From Bdellovibrionales bacterium (GTDB lineage Bacteria > Bdellovibrionota > Bdellovibrionia > Bdellovibrionales > UBA1609), in contig CBDCMT010000001.1 in assembly GCA_965219095.1 (NCBI GenBank), positions 128,001-192,000 on the forward strand: a stretch of 64,000 bases of DNA, read 5' to 3'. A program made the translations under genes and the position numbers. Positions 38,321 to 48,868 of the stretch are shown here, in pieces (the first letter of the stretch is position 1; each line of letters begins with the position of its first letter). The notes under the pieces are model-generated. The model made no database searches. It had not been told where the DNA came from and was given only the letters and a program-made list of their open reading frames with translations.

Positions 38321-38902
38321 ATGATTTATGAACTTATGAAATTACCTTTTGGTATAAGTGATTTAGAGCCTGTTATGTCAAAAGAAACTCTAGAATACCA
38401 TTATGGCAAACACCATCAAACTTATGTAACTAAACTCAATGGACTTATAGAAAAAACAGAGTTCTCGGATCTTAGTTTAGAAGAGCTTATAAAAAAATCC
38501 ACCTCTAAGTCTGCTATTTTCAACAATGCTGCTCAAGTGTACAATCATGATTTTTTTTGGAAGAGCTTAACTCCTCAAGGCTCTTCTATACCAGATAACA
38601 TATCACAAGTTCTTACAGAATCTTTCGGTTCAGTCAAAGAATTTGAAGAACAATTTAAAGCCAAAGCTATAGGGCTTTTTGGTTCTGGTTGGATCTGGCT
38701 GGTAAAAACCAACACAGGCTTAGAGATTCAATCTCATAGCAATGCGGGAAACCCTCTTACTCAAAACCAAACTCCTCTTTTAACTTGTGATGTGTGGGAA
38801 CATGCTTATTACATTGATTATAGAAACGCCAGAGTTCAGTTCTTAGATGGATTCTTTAAAATTGTTAACTGGAATTTTGTATCAGAACAGTTAAAAAAAT
38901 AA
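38321..38902 (+). CDS. sodB: Fe superoxide dismutase
   Basis: YHYGKHH, FNNAAQVYNH (Fe-type), DVWEHAYY. Confidence 0.93.
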   Translation: MIYELMKLPFGISDLEPVMSKETLEYHYGKHHQTYVTKLNGLIEKTEFSDLSLEELIKKSTSKSAIFNNAAQVYNHDFFWKSLTPQGSSIPDNISQVLTESFGSVKEFEEQFKAKAIGLFGSGWIWLVKTNTGLEIQSHSNAGNPLTQNQTPLLTCDVWEHAYYIDYRNARVQFLDGFFKIVNWNFVSEQLKK

Positions 38903-38971
38903 AAAGGACAGATTGATTCAACTTCAATTAACTTATTCAACTAAACTTAGTGTGTTGAGTTAATTTCTTTA

Positions 38972-39373
38972 CTAATCTTCACTAACCATGGGGTTTGTTA
39001 CTACTCTCTGCCATGCATCTTTTAAGCCCATTTCTTCCCAAGTAAATAAAATCGGTGCTTTACGGCAAGCCATTATTGTGTTTATATCTACTTGTCCCCA
39101 AAGTGTAATGAGTACCCAGGGCATCAGGTTTGAGAGGTAATGAGTTATTCTATAGTGGTCATAACACCCATTTACTTGAAAGGTTATCCCTTCATGATTG
39201 GAGGTCTTTCCTAATAACTCTACTTTTTTCCATTCTCCCTTCCATGTTGCTGGGACATTTAGGTCTTCTTCTTCTTGATGAGCATAAGTGAGAGATGAAG
39301 TACAAACTCCAAATACAAATAAAGCTACCAATGCAATATAATTTCTTATTTTTAGTTCTTTTTGTGTTTTCAT
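38972..39373 (-). CDS. Secreted hypothetical protein
   Basis: Basic N-region, hydrophobic core, TYA cleavage site. Confidence 0.65.
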   Translation of the reverse strand: MKTQKELKIRNYIALVALFVFGVCTSSLTYAHQEEEDLNVPATWKGEWKKVELLGKTSNHEGITFQVNGCYDHYRITHYLSNLMPWVLITLWGQVDINTIMACRKAPILFTWEEMGLKDAWQRVVTNPMVSED

Positions 39374-39400
39374 TTTCTTTTTTTCCTTTTTTGTTTTATT

Positions 39401-39438
39401 GCCTCCTCAAAAGAATCTGTGGGTTCCCGGAAGGAGCC
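39401..39438. mobile_element. 38-bp ISL3-derived micro-element
   Basis: Right end fused to left end; 8-bp TSD GTTTTATT at 39393-39400 and 39439-39446. Confidence 0.9.
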
Positions 39439-39503
39439 GTTTTATTTATTTACTTTTCTTAAAACTTTAAATCTCCAGCCTGGCTTTGTTTTGAGGATGT
39501 CCC

Positions 39504-39642
39504 GAGGATGTCCTATTTCTCGGTGGAATTTTAAAGGGCGATTTTATGTTTAAGCGACCTTTCTTTGTTTTGCAACCATTTTTTCTAAGTTTTCTTTAAA
39601 GTTTTTTAAATACATAAAGCCTCTGATTCGTCTAAATCTTTT
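39504..39642 (-). mobile_element. IS256 right-end remnant
   Basis: Reverse complement of about 45182-45323; terminal GAGGATGTCC repeated at 39493. Confidence 0.85.
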
Positions 39643-41120
39643 CCTGACTTCGACACAACACACTGCAACAAGTGAATAATTTCAAATAGTTACAATTTTT
39701 GGGGCCACAGGAAAGGGTTTTTTAAAGGTCAGCAGATTCAGCAGATATTGTGGGAAAGAGGCTCATAGAGGAGTCTCTTTTAAGCGAAAAAGCACTGTAA
39801 ATTTCTTCTACTTCCTTTGTGCAACCTGAGGGAAGGCGATAAAGTTTTTTCGTCTTTTTTTCTTCTAAAATACTGTCTGATCTCTTTTTAAGATCTTTCT
39901 CATTCTTTCAAAGCTTAAATTAAGTCCTGCTTGTTTAAGTCTATAAACCATTGTGTAAGAGATCGCATAGGCTAAAAAACAAATGGCAATGTGAGTTTCT
40001 ATTCTTCTTTTTTTCCAATGATAAACAGGCCTCATCTTTAACGTCGTCTTATTCACTCTAAAAGCCTCTTCTATTCTCCAAAGGCTTCTGTAACGACTTA
40101 AAAGCTCACTGGCTGTCTTGTTTTGAACATTTGTTATAATTCCGTGAAGACCGTCCCACAAAGCTTCTTTTTCTATTTTCTCCTCATCTATGGTCACTTT
40201 CACATTGTCAACTTTAATAAAACGTTTGGTCCCATGATTGGAGATCAACTGACTCACAGGAATCTCCTTGTTTCTTACTTTCTTCATCAAACGATTGATC
40301 AAACGCTCTCTTTGATTTTGATCTCTTTTGGCTCTTTTGTTCGAATAACTAACTATCAATCTTTTTCCTTCATGCTCTAGCTCTTTCACCCAAAAAAGAT
40401 GAGACGTATCACAAGCCATTTGGCTGGGCTTATAGTTTTTATGACTTAAAACCTCTTCTTTTTTCTTGCTAGAAAGGGATTTTAACTTTGAAGCCACAAC
40501 ATACTCTATCCCCATCTTATCCATAGTCTCTAAATTCTTTCTTACAAACATAGCTCTATCAGCTACTAAAACAGCTCTTCTTACATTAAAACGAGTCTTT
40601 AGCTTATTTATAGACTCTACCAGTGTAGCCCCCTCACTTGTATTGCCCGGAAAAAGTTCATAGCTTATAGGATGGCCTTGTGAGTTTGTCATAAGTGCCA
40701 AAACAACCTGTGTCTCTTTAAATTTACAATCTTTACTAAAACCAAACCTGCGAATCTCATCCTCTGAGAAGCTCTCAAAATACAAGCTCCTCACATCATA
40801 AAGCAAAACATCCACCTCATTGTTAAACAAAGATAAGGTGTTCTCAGATACCTTTTTCTTCGATGTCTCAATGAAAGGATGAAACCGATCCATAGCCCTA
40901 TAAACTTTCTCTAAAGGAATCTGTCGGTTAAAATCTTCAAAAAGTGTTTCTACACTACCTCTTTTTGATTCTGGATTAAAAACTCTTGATAAAACACAGT
41001 GCTTTAAAATATCATTCCACTCTAAATCTTTCTTTGTACCCTCAATCAAATTTCCAAAACCTAACTCAGCATAAAGCTCATTAAAAACTTTCTCAATACC
41101 ACAAACAACACGCTTTTTCT
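39643..41120 (-). mobile_element. IS1634 element, 5'-truncated, with a 1-nt deletion near the transposase C-terminus
   Basis: LYDVRSLYFES, FGFSKD, LVADRAM, WRIEEAFRVNK; end CCTGACTTCGACAC at 39643; compare the intact C-terminus at 62551-62856. Confidence 0.92.
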
Positions 41121-41205
41121 CCTCAAAAGAATTGCATGGATTCCATGGGGGGGCTTTTCGTGTAAATTAAAAGCCTGTAATTTACAGGCTCGTAAATTAA
41201 TCGAA

Positions 41206-41865
41206 TTATTTAACACATTCTCTAACAAAACTTTCAATCTTTTTAAGAGTTTTTGAGAAATATAAATCATACTCATTTAGAACTTTTTTGAAGTCACTTG
41301 TACTTTCTATTAGATTCCTTACCACACTTAGGTTATAAGTTACTCTACATCGAGGTGCATCACCACACAAAGATAAGCCCCTCTCATAACTCTTGATTCT
41401 TAAATCCATATATTCAGAATGGTATCTGCCTACTATAAGAACCTCTTCAGATACTGAATGTATTAGTTCTATGTAACTTGGCAATTTTTTATTACAGTGA
41501 ACACATTCTCTGACAAAACTTTTAACGTCTTTAAGCCGGTTTGAAAGCTTTAAAACAATACTACTTGTAGCTTCTTTTGAGTCATTGCTAACTTCTATCA
41601 AATCCCTAAACCTTGAATTAACATCTATTGTACATGTAGAACCATCACAAATAGATAAGAGATTCTTCCAAAATCTAATGTTTGCATCATACCCTTTAGA
41701 ATTTAATCTTCTTAATTTAAGAAATATCTTAGATAGATAAGGTATTTCTTCTAAGTAAAGCGGCAATTCTTCACTACAGTGACTTTTATCCATGGCAAAA
41801 GCAAAGCTGGACATAGATACTAAAAAAGTAACTGCTGTGATTTTAATAAAATTCATAATTTTCAT
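41206..41865 (-). CDS. Secreted cysteine-containing hypothetical protein
   Basis: AGGGGG RBS; signal peptide ending AFA; 8 Cys. Confidence 0.7.
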   Translation of the reverse strand: MKIMNFIKITAVTFLVSMSSFAFAMDKSHCSEELPLYLEEIPYLSKIFLKLRRLNSKGYDANIRFWKNLLSICDGSTCTIDVNSRFRDLIEVSNDSKEATSSIVLKLSNRLKDVKSFVRECVHCNKKLPSYIELIHSVSEEVLIVGRYHSEYMDLRIKSYERGLSLCGDAPRCRVTYNLSVVRNLIESTSDFKKVLNEYDLYFSKTLKKIESFVRECVK

Positions 41866-42060
41866 ATTTTCCCCCTATGTTCTATGAAAGACGTGAAACT
41901 TAAAAAGTTAACATCCTTCTGTTATTTAATTTATTTTGAGTTCTATTTACTTAGGCTAAAGAACTCTTATCCCTATCTTTTGGCTATCAGTTATTTAAAA
42001 ACCATTCTCCTCCCTTCTTGAAGTACTTATACTTTTTCATAGATGCTTTTAAAACATATT

Positions 42061-42100
42061 GAAGTGAACAGAAGTGGACAGAAGTATACAGAAGTGGACA
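42061..42100 (+). repeat. Four tandem 10-bp direct repeats GAAGTRNACA
   Basis: gaagtgaaca gaagtggaca gaagtataca gaagtggaca. Confidence 0.85.
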
Positions 42101-42193
42101 TATAATTTTCAAAAAGAATTGTAAAAATAACAATGAATTGACCTTGATGACCCATTGAGTTAAAAAATCTAAGTTGTCACATAAGCTGTCATA

Positions 42194-42264
42194 TAGTGCT
42201 TCCGTTTAAGTTTTCAGGGTTTTTTCTCTAGAGAATCGACCGGAAAATCTAAGCGGAAGCACTA
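42194..42264. mobile_element. IS630 type-A-derived MITE (71 bp)
   Basis: TAGTGCTTCCG...CGGAAGCACTA with TA on both flanks. Confidence 0.88.
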
Positions 42265-42294
42265 TATAACAGTCCGTTTCCTGCAAAAGGTTGT

Positions 42295-42517
42295 CCTGAC
42301 TTCGACACAACACAGTGAGTTAAAAAAAATATTTCCGTTCTTTTGGCTCTAACTTTTAGTTGAAGGAGTTATACACAGGTTTTAGGTTGTTTCTGTGGCC
42401 CCGGCCCATTTTACAAGTTTGCAAAAGTTGTTTAGCCTTTTTGAAGAATGTTTGTAAAAGTAACATCAAAGTCTAAGGGTAAAAAAAGTGTACGGATTGT
42501 AGAGTCTGTTTGGCTTA
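42295..42517 (+). mobile_element. IS1634 left end and start of transposase, cut by IS256
   Basis: Reverse complement of 124-347. Confidence 0.9.
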
Positions 42518-45323
42518 GAGGATGTCCCATTTCTCGGTGGAATTCTGCTCAAAAATGGAGCAGAGTAAGAGGGCTCCCTGGTGGATTTTTAAGTCCACCT
42601 AGGGTTTAATAAATATTAGAATGAATTAAAAACTAAACGAAAGGAGCCCCAAATGAAGAATACAAAAGAAAAAATATCAATTCAAGAACTATCGGATCAC
42701 AAGGAGATTCAAGATGCTGTTCATAACTATATGAAGCATAGAATTCTTGACGTAATCTACCGGATGTTTAATGACGAAGTCACTAAGCTGTGTGGTCCAC
42801 TATACAATCGAGAGAAAGAATGCATGCGAAGTGGAAGCGATCCTGGGTCTGTTTATGCTCAAGGACAAAGAGTTTCAATTCGAAAGCCCAGAGTTAAAAA
42901 AGACGGAAAAGATATCAAACTACAAACATACTCTGCCTTGAGAAATTACGATGTTTTCACTGAAAAGATTCAAAACCACCTTTTCCATGGAGTTTCAACA
43001 AGGGACTACGATCCTCTTTTAGAGGAGATTTCTGGTGGCACAGGAGTTAAGAAGAGTTCTGTTTCTAGAGCTTTTGTAAATTCCTCTAAGAAGGCTTTAG
43101 ATGAGATAAGCTCTAAGGACTTGTCTAAGCATGAGTTTGTTTCAGTCATGATAGATGGAGTAGGCTTTGGAGATCGTACAGTGGTGCTTGCTTTAGGTAT
43201 CGACGTGACGGGCAAAAAGCACATTATAGGGTTACGAGAAGGAACTACAGAAAATTGCGAGCTGACAAAAGATCTTTTAGAGAACCTTGTTTCTAGAGGT
43301 TCAGATAAGGGCTATCTTTTTATTATTGATGGTTCTAAAGCTCTAAGGAAGGCTATCAAGGCAGTTTGGGGAAAAAAGTCTGTTGTTCAACGTTGCATTC
43401 GTCACAAAGAAAGAAATATCCTCAATTATTTGCCAAAAGAAAGACATCAAGAGTTTCGCATTCGTTGGAAAAGACTTCATGGTTCAGTAGATTATGAATC
43501 GGCTTTGAAAGAGCATGAGGAGTTAGTTTGTTGGTTGAAACAGATCAACCATTCAGCTTTAGAATCTCTTGAAGAAGCTTGTAATACCAATTACAGAAAT
43601 TAATTCGACATTTTCATGTTCAAATTTAAAATTTTAAAATTGACTTAAGGAAAAGTTTCAGTTAGGAGATTTTAAAAAAACTTCTTTTAAGGTGAGTTTA
43701 AGTTTTCATAAGATAAGTTTATTTCAGGTATATCTATTTGTTGTGTAAATCGATTGATGGGTTAAAATAAGTGTAAAAAAGTGAGGGTAAAATTTAAAAT
43801 GACAAAAATCAGTTACACAATTTAATTTATAGGTTCAAATTAATTTACAAGCTTGATTCATCTTGTTGTTTTGTCCAAGATCGAGTGCATAATTTTTTAA
43901 TCCTGCCCTCCTGATCGCAAAAAGTATTCCAGGCCTCACAACAAGTATTCAGTATATGGTCATAGTTTTTAAAACATGCATTCGATAATTTGATCCTTCG
44001 TAATTGTTGCCAGACTTGTTCCATGGGATTTAATTCTGGACTATAAGGAGGTAAAGGCATCAGGGATAAATTCTTAGGAACTATCAAAGTCTCTGTGGTA
44101 TGCCAACTGGCTCTGTCCATTAAAACAATTCCATGATAGTTTTCTTGAATATTTTTAGATATCTCATCTAAGTGAATTTGCATCATCCCTGAATTACATT
44201 CCGGTAAAATCCAAGCACAGCCTTTATCTCTATCCGGACAAACTGCTCCAAAAATATAAGTGGATAAAAATTGTCTTTGCCTCACAACTCTAGGCCGTGT
44301 GCCTTTTCTTGCCCAAATCCTACTCAAAGAACCTTGCTGAGCTTATTCTGCATTCATCCTGCCACCAAATCTCTTTTTTATTAGTCTGAATCTTTTCCTT
44401 TATTTTCTCCACCTCTTCTGGAAAATGTTCCTTAAACTGTTCCATAGCTTCTTAATGAACTTTTAGGATGAAGAGAACGACCACTGATCCATACAATATT
44501 AAGGCGGTCTAAAGAAACATAAACCCCAGAAAGAGAATAGCAACAGTCAAATTCATCTGCTAAAAGTTTCTGTATTTCCTTTGCTCCTATGCTTCCTCCC
44601 TCTCTTTTGTCTTGAATTTCATCTAACTTGATTTTGAAGTTCTCTTCTTCTGTCACTGGCAAACGAGGCTTGCGTCCTCTGCCTTCTCGATCTATCAATC
44701 CCTCGTAATCAAAGTCTACAAAAAAAGACTGTAACCAGGATTTGATACTGTGACGGTGATACAAAACCATACCTGCTGTTTCTTGAATCGATTTTCCTTC
44801 TTGCATATGCTGCAAAGCCAATAATTTTGTCTTGATGTTGGCACTTCTTTCTACTTTGTAAGTAGCTAGAAAATCATACCCTTGAATCTGTGTAACTAAA
44901 TCTTTTTTCGACATGACTCTAAAAATTTAACAGAGTTTTATCAAAAAGCCAGGACGCAATGCGTTAAAAAAATGTCGAATTAATTTTTGGAAATGGTATA
45001 AGGAGACTTTGACTGTGATTCGTCTTAAAGCTACCCCCTCCTTAAAAAAGACTTTACTGTCTACAAATCCTATAGAGTCCATGTTTTCCTACACAAGGTA
45101 TAGAACAGGGAGAGTTAAGAACTGGAAAAGAGGAGCAGACCAAGTGAGTCGTTGGGCTGCTGTTACTCTCTTTGATGCTGAGAAAAGATTTAAACGAATC
45201 AGAGGCTTTATGTATTTAAAAAACTTTAAAGAAAACTTAGAAAAAATGGTTGCAAAACAAAGAAAGGTCGCTTAAACATGAAATCGCCCTCTAACTAATT
45301 CCACCGAGAAATGGGACATCCTC
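42518..45323 (+). mobile_element. IS256-family element; transposase (42653-43584 plus 44999-45275) interrupted by IS630 type-B
   Basis: TIR GAGGATGTCCCATTTCTCGGTGGAATT; GVSTR, MIDG, IIDGSKAL, QRCIRHK, STNPIES. Confidence 0.93.
43585..44998 (-). mobile_element. IS630 type-B element, copy 1 (HTH ORF 44432-44914, DDE ORF 43845-44327)
   Basis: Ends TACCAATTAC.../...AAATGGTA; TAA on both flanks; MDRASWH, LPPYSPELNPMEQVW. Confidence 0.93.
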
Positions 45324-45634
45324 CTAAAATCTTGCAAAGGAGGAAGACCGCTGTTGCTGGAATTTTTTCGAACCTGTTTTTCTAAAAGCACAACAATCAG
45401 AATGTTCACAACCTTAAAGAGAGATTCAAAAACCACAGAAATCTCAGTAGGCACAGAACCTTTCTTTGCAAGCTTATCAAAGTCACTTCTTATATTTTCA
45501 ATCTCATTTCTGATGGAGGTCTTATTTATTGTCATTTGAAAAAAGTATTTAAAAGAAAATCTGTAAGAGCAAGACTTTTATCTTAAAACAGGTCTAAAGT
45601 TAGGGATAACTGAACAATGTAGGTGAGCAGTTAC
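45324..45634 (-). mobile_element. ISBst12-like IS66 left-end fragment
   Basis: Reverse complement of 8422-8732. Confidence 0.9.
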
Positions 45635-45658
45635 CATAAATCAAAGATAAGATAAAAT

Positions 45659-47191
45659 TTAATGAGGTTTTCGAAAATGTTTTTTTGAAAGAATCTGCCT
45701 TAGTTCATCTACTTTGAATATGTAGCTTAAAAGAAAATAGATAACCACAGAAAGAAAAATTCTTCCTAGAAGAGAAAAGAGGCTTACATTGAGATCTTGT
45801 GAGGCATAGAGAACCAAGGCTAGACCTAAATTAGGAATGATAAACCCTAAAAACCTTTTCAGTATCTTCTTGTAATGGAATTTACCTATAAGGATCTGAA
45901 ACCCTAATAAAAGAAAACAAAAATTCATACATCCACTTATGAGACTAGAAACAATAAGACCTTCGAATCCATAAGATAAAACCAAAAAATCTGCTAAAAA
46001 CCAATGTCCTAAAATGGTCAAAAAAGCACATAAAGAAGGATAGACTGTGTTTCTAAAACTATAAAATCCAGAGGCTAAAAGAGTAGAACCGCTTAAAACA
46101 ATAAGAAGAGGACTATAAACTTTCACTACATAAGATGTCTGCATAACTTCTTCTTGTCCAAAAAATCCTCTCATAAAAATCACTTCTACTAAAGGATCAG
46201 CTAAGAAATAAAGCCCTAAACTAGCAGGCAATGTAAGAAAAAAAAGAAGACTTAAGTTCTCTTGTAAAACTCTTGTTAATTTTTTAGGCTCTCTATAATA
46301 ATTTGAAAGAAAGGGTAAAAGAGCTGTTCCCAAACTTACAGCTATAAGAGAGCGAGGTAAATCCAAGATCCTTTCTCCAAAATAAATAAAAGAAACAACC
46401 CCTTCTCCTATATAAGTAGCAAAGTACAAGTTAATAAGGCTTAAAATTTGCAAAACACCTAAGCCAAAAATAGCAGGCAAAAGTTTCTTAATAAAAGTTT
46501 TAAAGCCTTCTGTTTTAAAGTTTAAAGATGGTTGTACTAAAAAACCTTTTTTCTTAACTGCTATTACAAGAAAAAATGCTTGAAAAAAGCCTCCTATTAA
46601 AACTCCTAAAGCTAAAAACTCAGGTTCAAGTGTTTTTTTAAGATAAGCTATGAAGCTAAAAACAATGATTCCTAAGTTTAAAAAAGAAGGAGTTATACCA
46701 GGAAGAAAAAAACTTTTTAAAGAATTAAGAACCGACATATAAAAAGAAAAACTTACAATCAAAATTAAATAAGGAAATAAAATCCTCGCAACAGTAACAA
46801 TCCTTTGAATCTCTTCTGCCGAAAGACTTTTTTCGCTTGTAAGAAGCGATATCAAAAACTCCATCTTCCAGACTGCTAACAAAGAAAGACTAAAGGAGAT
46901 AAGAAGTAGAAAACCCAAAACACTAGCTGAAAAACAAAGAGCTTTCTGAGAGGATTCTCGCTTTAAACCCACAAAAAGGGGTAAAAAACTTTGAGATAAA
47001 GCCCCCTCTCCTAAAAACCTTCTAAAAAATTGGGGAAGACGAAAGGCTACTAGAAAGATATCAGTTATAGTTTGAGGAAAAAAGCTTGAAAGCGAGATAT
47101 CTCGAATAAGACCTAAAATACGACTTGTCATAGTACCTAGAGACATTAAAGCTGCAAACCAGATGATCTTTCTTTGTCCTTTTTTTTCCAT
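45659..47191 (-). CDS. murJ: Lipid II flippase MurJ
   Basis: SRILGLIRD, AFRLPQFFRRFLGEGAL; many TM helices; divergent from rpsT. Confidence 0.95.
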   Translation of the reverse strand: MEKKGQRKIIWFAALMSLGTMTSRILGLIRDISLSSFFPQTITDIFLVAFRLPQFFRRFLGEGALSQSFLPLFVGLKRESSQKALCFSASVLGFLLLISFSLSLLAVWKMEFLISLLTSEKSLSAEEIQRIVTVARILFPYLILIVSFSFYMSVLNSLKSFFLPGITPSFLNLGIIVFSFIAYLKKTLEPEFLALGVLIGGFFQAFFLVIAVKKKGFLVQPSLNFKTEGFKTFIKKLLPAIFGLGVLQILSLINLYFATYIGEGVVSFIYFGERILDLPRSLIAVSLGTALLPFLSNYYREPKKLTRVLQENLSLLFFLTLPASLGLYFLADPLVEVIFMRGFFGQEEVMQTSYVVKVYSPLLIVLSGSTLLASGFYSFRNTVYPSLCAFLTILGHWFLADFLVLSYGFEGLIVSSLISGCMNFCFLLLGFQILIGKFHYKKILKRFLGFIIPNLGLALVLYASQDLNVSLFSLLGRIFLSVVIYFLLSYIFKVDELRQILSKKHFRKPH

Positions 47192-47257
47192 AAACGTCTT
47201 TTTCCTTGCCTTTATTAAAAAACTGCGATACTAAAATTTAACTATGGGAGGTGTCCA

Positions 47258-47524
47258 TTGGCAAACCATAAATCTGCAACCAAAAGAGCTAGGCAGTCAG
47301 AAAAGAAAAAAATCCACCATTTATCCATTAAAAGGACTTTAAGAACCTTAGAAAAAAAGCTTAGGATGGATTTGGAAGAGAAAAAAATTGATGAAGCTAA
47401 AAAGAGCTTCCACGTTTTTATGACAGAAATGGCAAAGGCTGGTCAAAAAGGTATCTTCCACAAAAACAAAGTCTCTCGTAAGGTAAGTCAAATAGCTCAG
47501 AAGCTCCATAACCTACAAAAATAA
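47258..47524 (+). CDS. rpsT: 30S ribosomal protein S20 (TTG start)
   Basis: MANHKSATKRARQ, KGIFHKNK; GGAGG RBS. Confidence 0.96.
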   Translation: MANHKSATKRARQSEKKKIHHLSIKRTLRTLEKKLRMDLEEKKIDEAKKSFHVFMTEMAKAGQKGIFHKNKVSRKVSQIAQKLHNLQK

Positions 47525-47660
47525 GCTTAAAAATATAATGGGCTTAATGCTGTGCATTACCAAACTCTTTCCTCCTAAGTGAGCAGAACAGGCATTGCTC
47601 ACAATTTTCTTCTAGAGCAGTTTTATTTTTGATTTTTTAAGTTTTTCAATGCAGTCCAAC

Positions 47661-47700
47661 GTAAGTCGGTTTCTTAACAGCCCTTGACTTCTACTGAGGA
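47661..47700 (+). mobile_element. Solo IS66 end downstream of the protease gene
   Basis: GTAAGTCGGTTTCTTAACAGCCCTTGACTTCTACTGAGGA. Confidence 0.88.
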
Positions 47701-47773
47701 AACTTTTCTTCTTTTTCTCATTTTATTTCCTAACATCTTCCCAAAGCGTTTAAAATCTTATGACTGGTATTTT

Positions 47774-48850
47774 TTAAATGTCTGTATAAGACTTTGAAAA
47801 TTCATAGGTCAATATTTTTTGCCTCCTCAAAAGAATCTGTGGGTTCCCGGGAGGAGTCTTTTCTTTTTGATAAGCCACATTAGAATCACAGTAGTTGTTA
47901 AAATAAAATTCAAGAAGCTCAGGTTCAATATAAATGGCTGTGTTTTTAAAAGATTCCTTTCTTTCATATTCAGAAGAGTAAATGATCTCACCTGCCTTTG
48001 CTCTGTTGTAAACTTCATCACTAGCAGCTATGAAGAGATGTCCCTCATGAACAAAAAGAGCTTTCTTGTTATGACACTCAAAATTCATAAAAGACCCCGA
48101 CATGCCATATAAACCAGGACATCTATGGCCTAGGCTCCTTTTGATCACTCTTTCATTTTTTCGTATTTTCATCCAACTAAGATTGTGGCAAGTATGGCTT
48201 TGTATGTAATCTTTTATAGCTTTTAGTTCATTTTTTTTCATCTTTTTTAAATGAGATTTTGTTAAAACTGAAGTAATTCTTGCTTGAAGATAGGGGTCTT
48301 TAAAGCAGGAATCTAAGTCTTCTTTGTTTGCTACCCTTTCTATATCGATCTCAAAAGCAGGGATATTGCCTTTTTTGCGGTATCGTTTAGGCATAGGAAT
48401 CAGGGCTTGATCCACTCCTGAATAATGAAGTTCATCATCCAGAACATAACCAGGACTTACAAGACAGTTGTGAGGTTTAAGACATTTTTTTTGAAGAGAA
48501 AAGATATTCTTTCTTGGAATATCAAAATCACCGTTATGATTATAAACCGTAATAACTTTATAATCTTTACTAGGTGCTACACAATGACCTGCTGTAAGAA
48601 GAAGAGGGTCTTTACATTTTTTTGCTCCTCTTTTAAGTCTTATAACAAGTCCTGAACAAATGACTGTTGTTTCTACTCTTACAGTTGCATTTCTGATGGT
48701 TTCATCAACAAGGGCCTTAAAAAAATGACAAGGTGGGTGAGGGCAAAAAAGAGTTGTTATGGAGTTAAGTTTTGAGAAGGGGTTTTCTTCATCACAAGCC
48801 TCTAAGAGGATGGGAAGAAAGATAAGAAAAAAAAGAATCAAAAACCTCAT
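47774..48850 (-). CDS. Secreted trypsin-like (S1) serine protease, Cys-rich
   Basis: Signal peptide MRFLILFFLIFLPILLEA-C; CSGLVI, LLTAGHC, DQALI, GMSGS match the His/Asp/Ser motifs. Confidence 0.75.
   Translation of the reverse strand: MRFLILFFLIFLPILLEACDEENPFSKLNSITTLFCPHPPCHFFKALVDETIRNATVRVETTVICSGLVIRLKRGAKKCKDPLLLTAGHCVAPSKDYKVITVYNHNGDFDIPRKNIFSLQKKCLKPHNCLVSPGYVLDDELHYSGVDQALIPMPKRYRKKGNIPAFEIDIERVANKEDLDSCFKDPYLQARITSVLTKSHLKKMKKNELKAIKDYIQSHTCHNLSWMKIRKNERVIKRSLGHRCPGLYGMSGSFMNFECHNKKALFVHEGHLFIAASDEVYNRAKAGEIIYSSEYERKESFKNTAIYIEPELLEFYFNNYCDSNVAYQKEKTPPGNPQILLRRQKILTYEFSKSYTDI
47821..47858. mobile_element. 38-bp ISL3 micro-element inside the protease ORF (copied at 24598-24635)
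   Basis: GCCTCCTCAAAAGAATCTGTGGGTTCCCGGGAGGAGTC. Confidence 0.85.
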
Positions 48851-48868
48851 ACTTAAGTTCTATTTTAA

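Noticed and set aside
41061..41276. 71-aa ORF as a separate gene
   Set aside because: Alternative frame spanning the junction between a host gene end and the truncated IS1634
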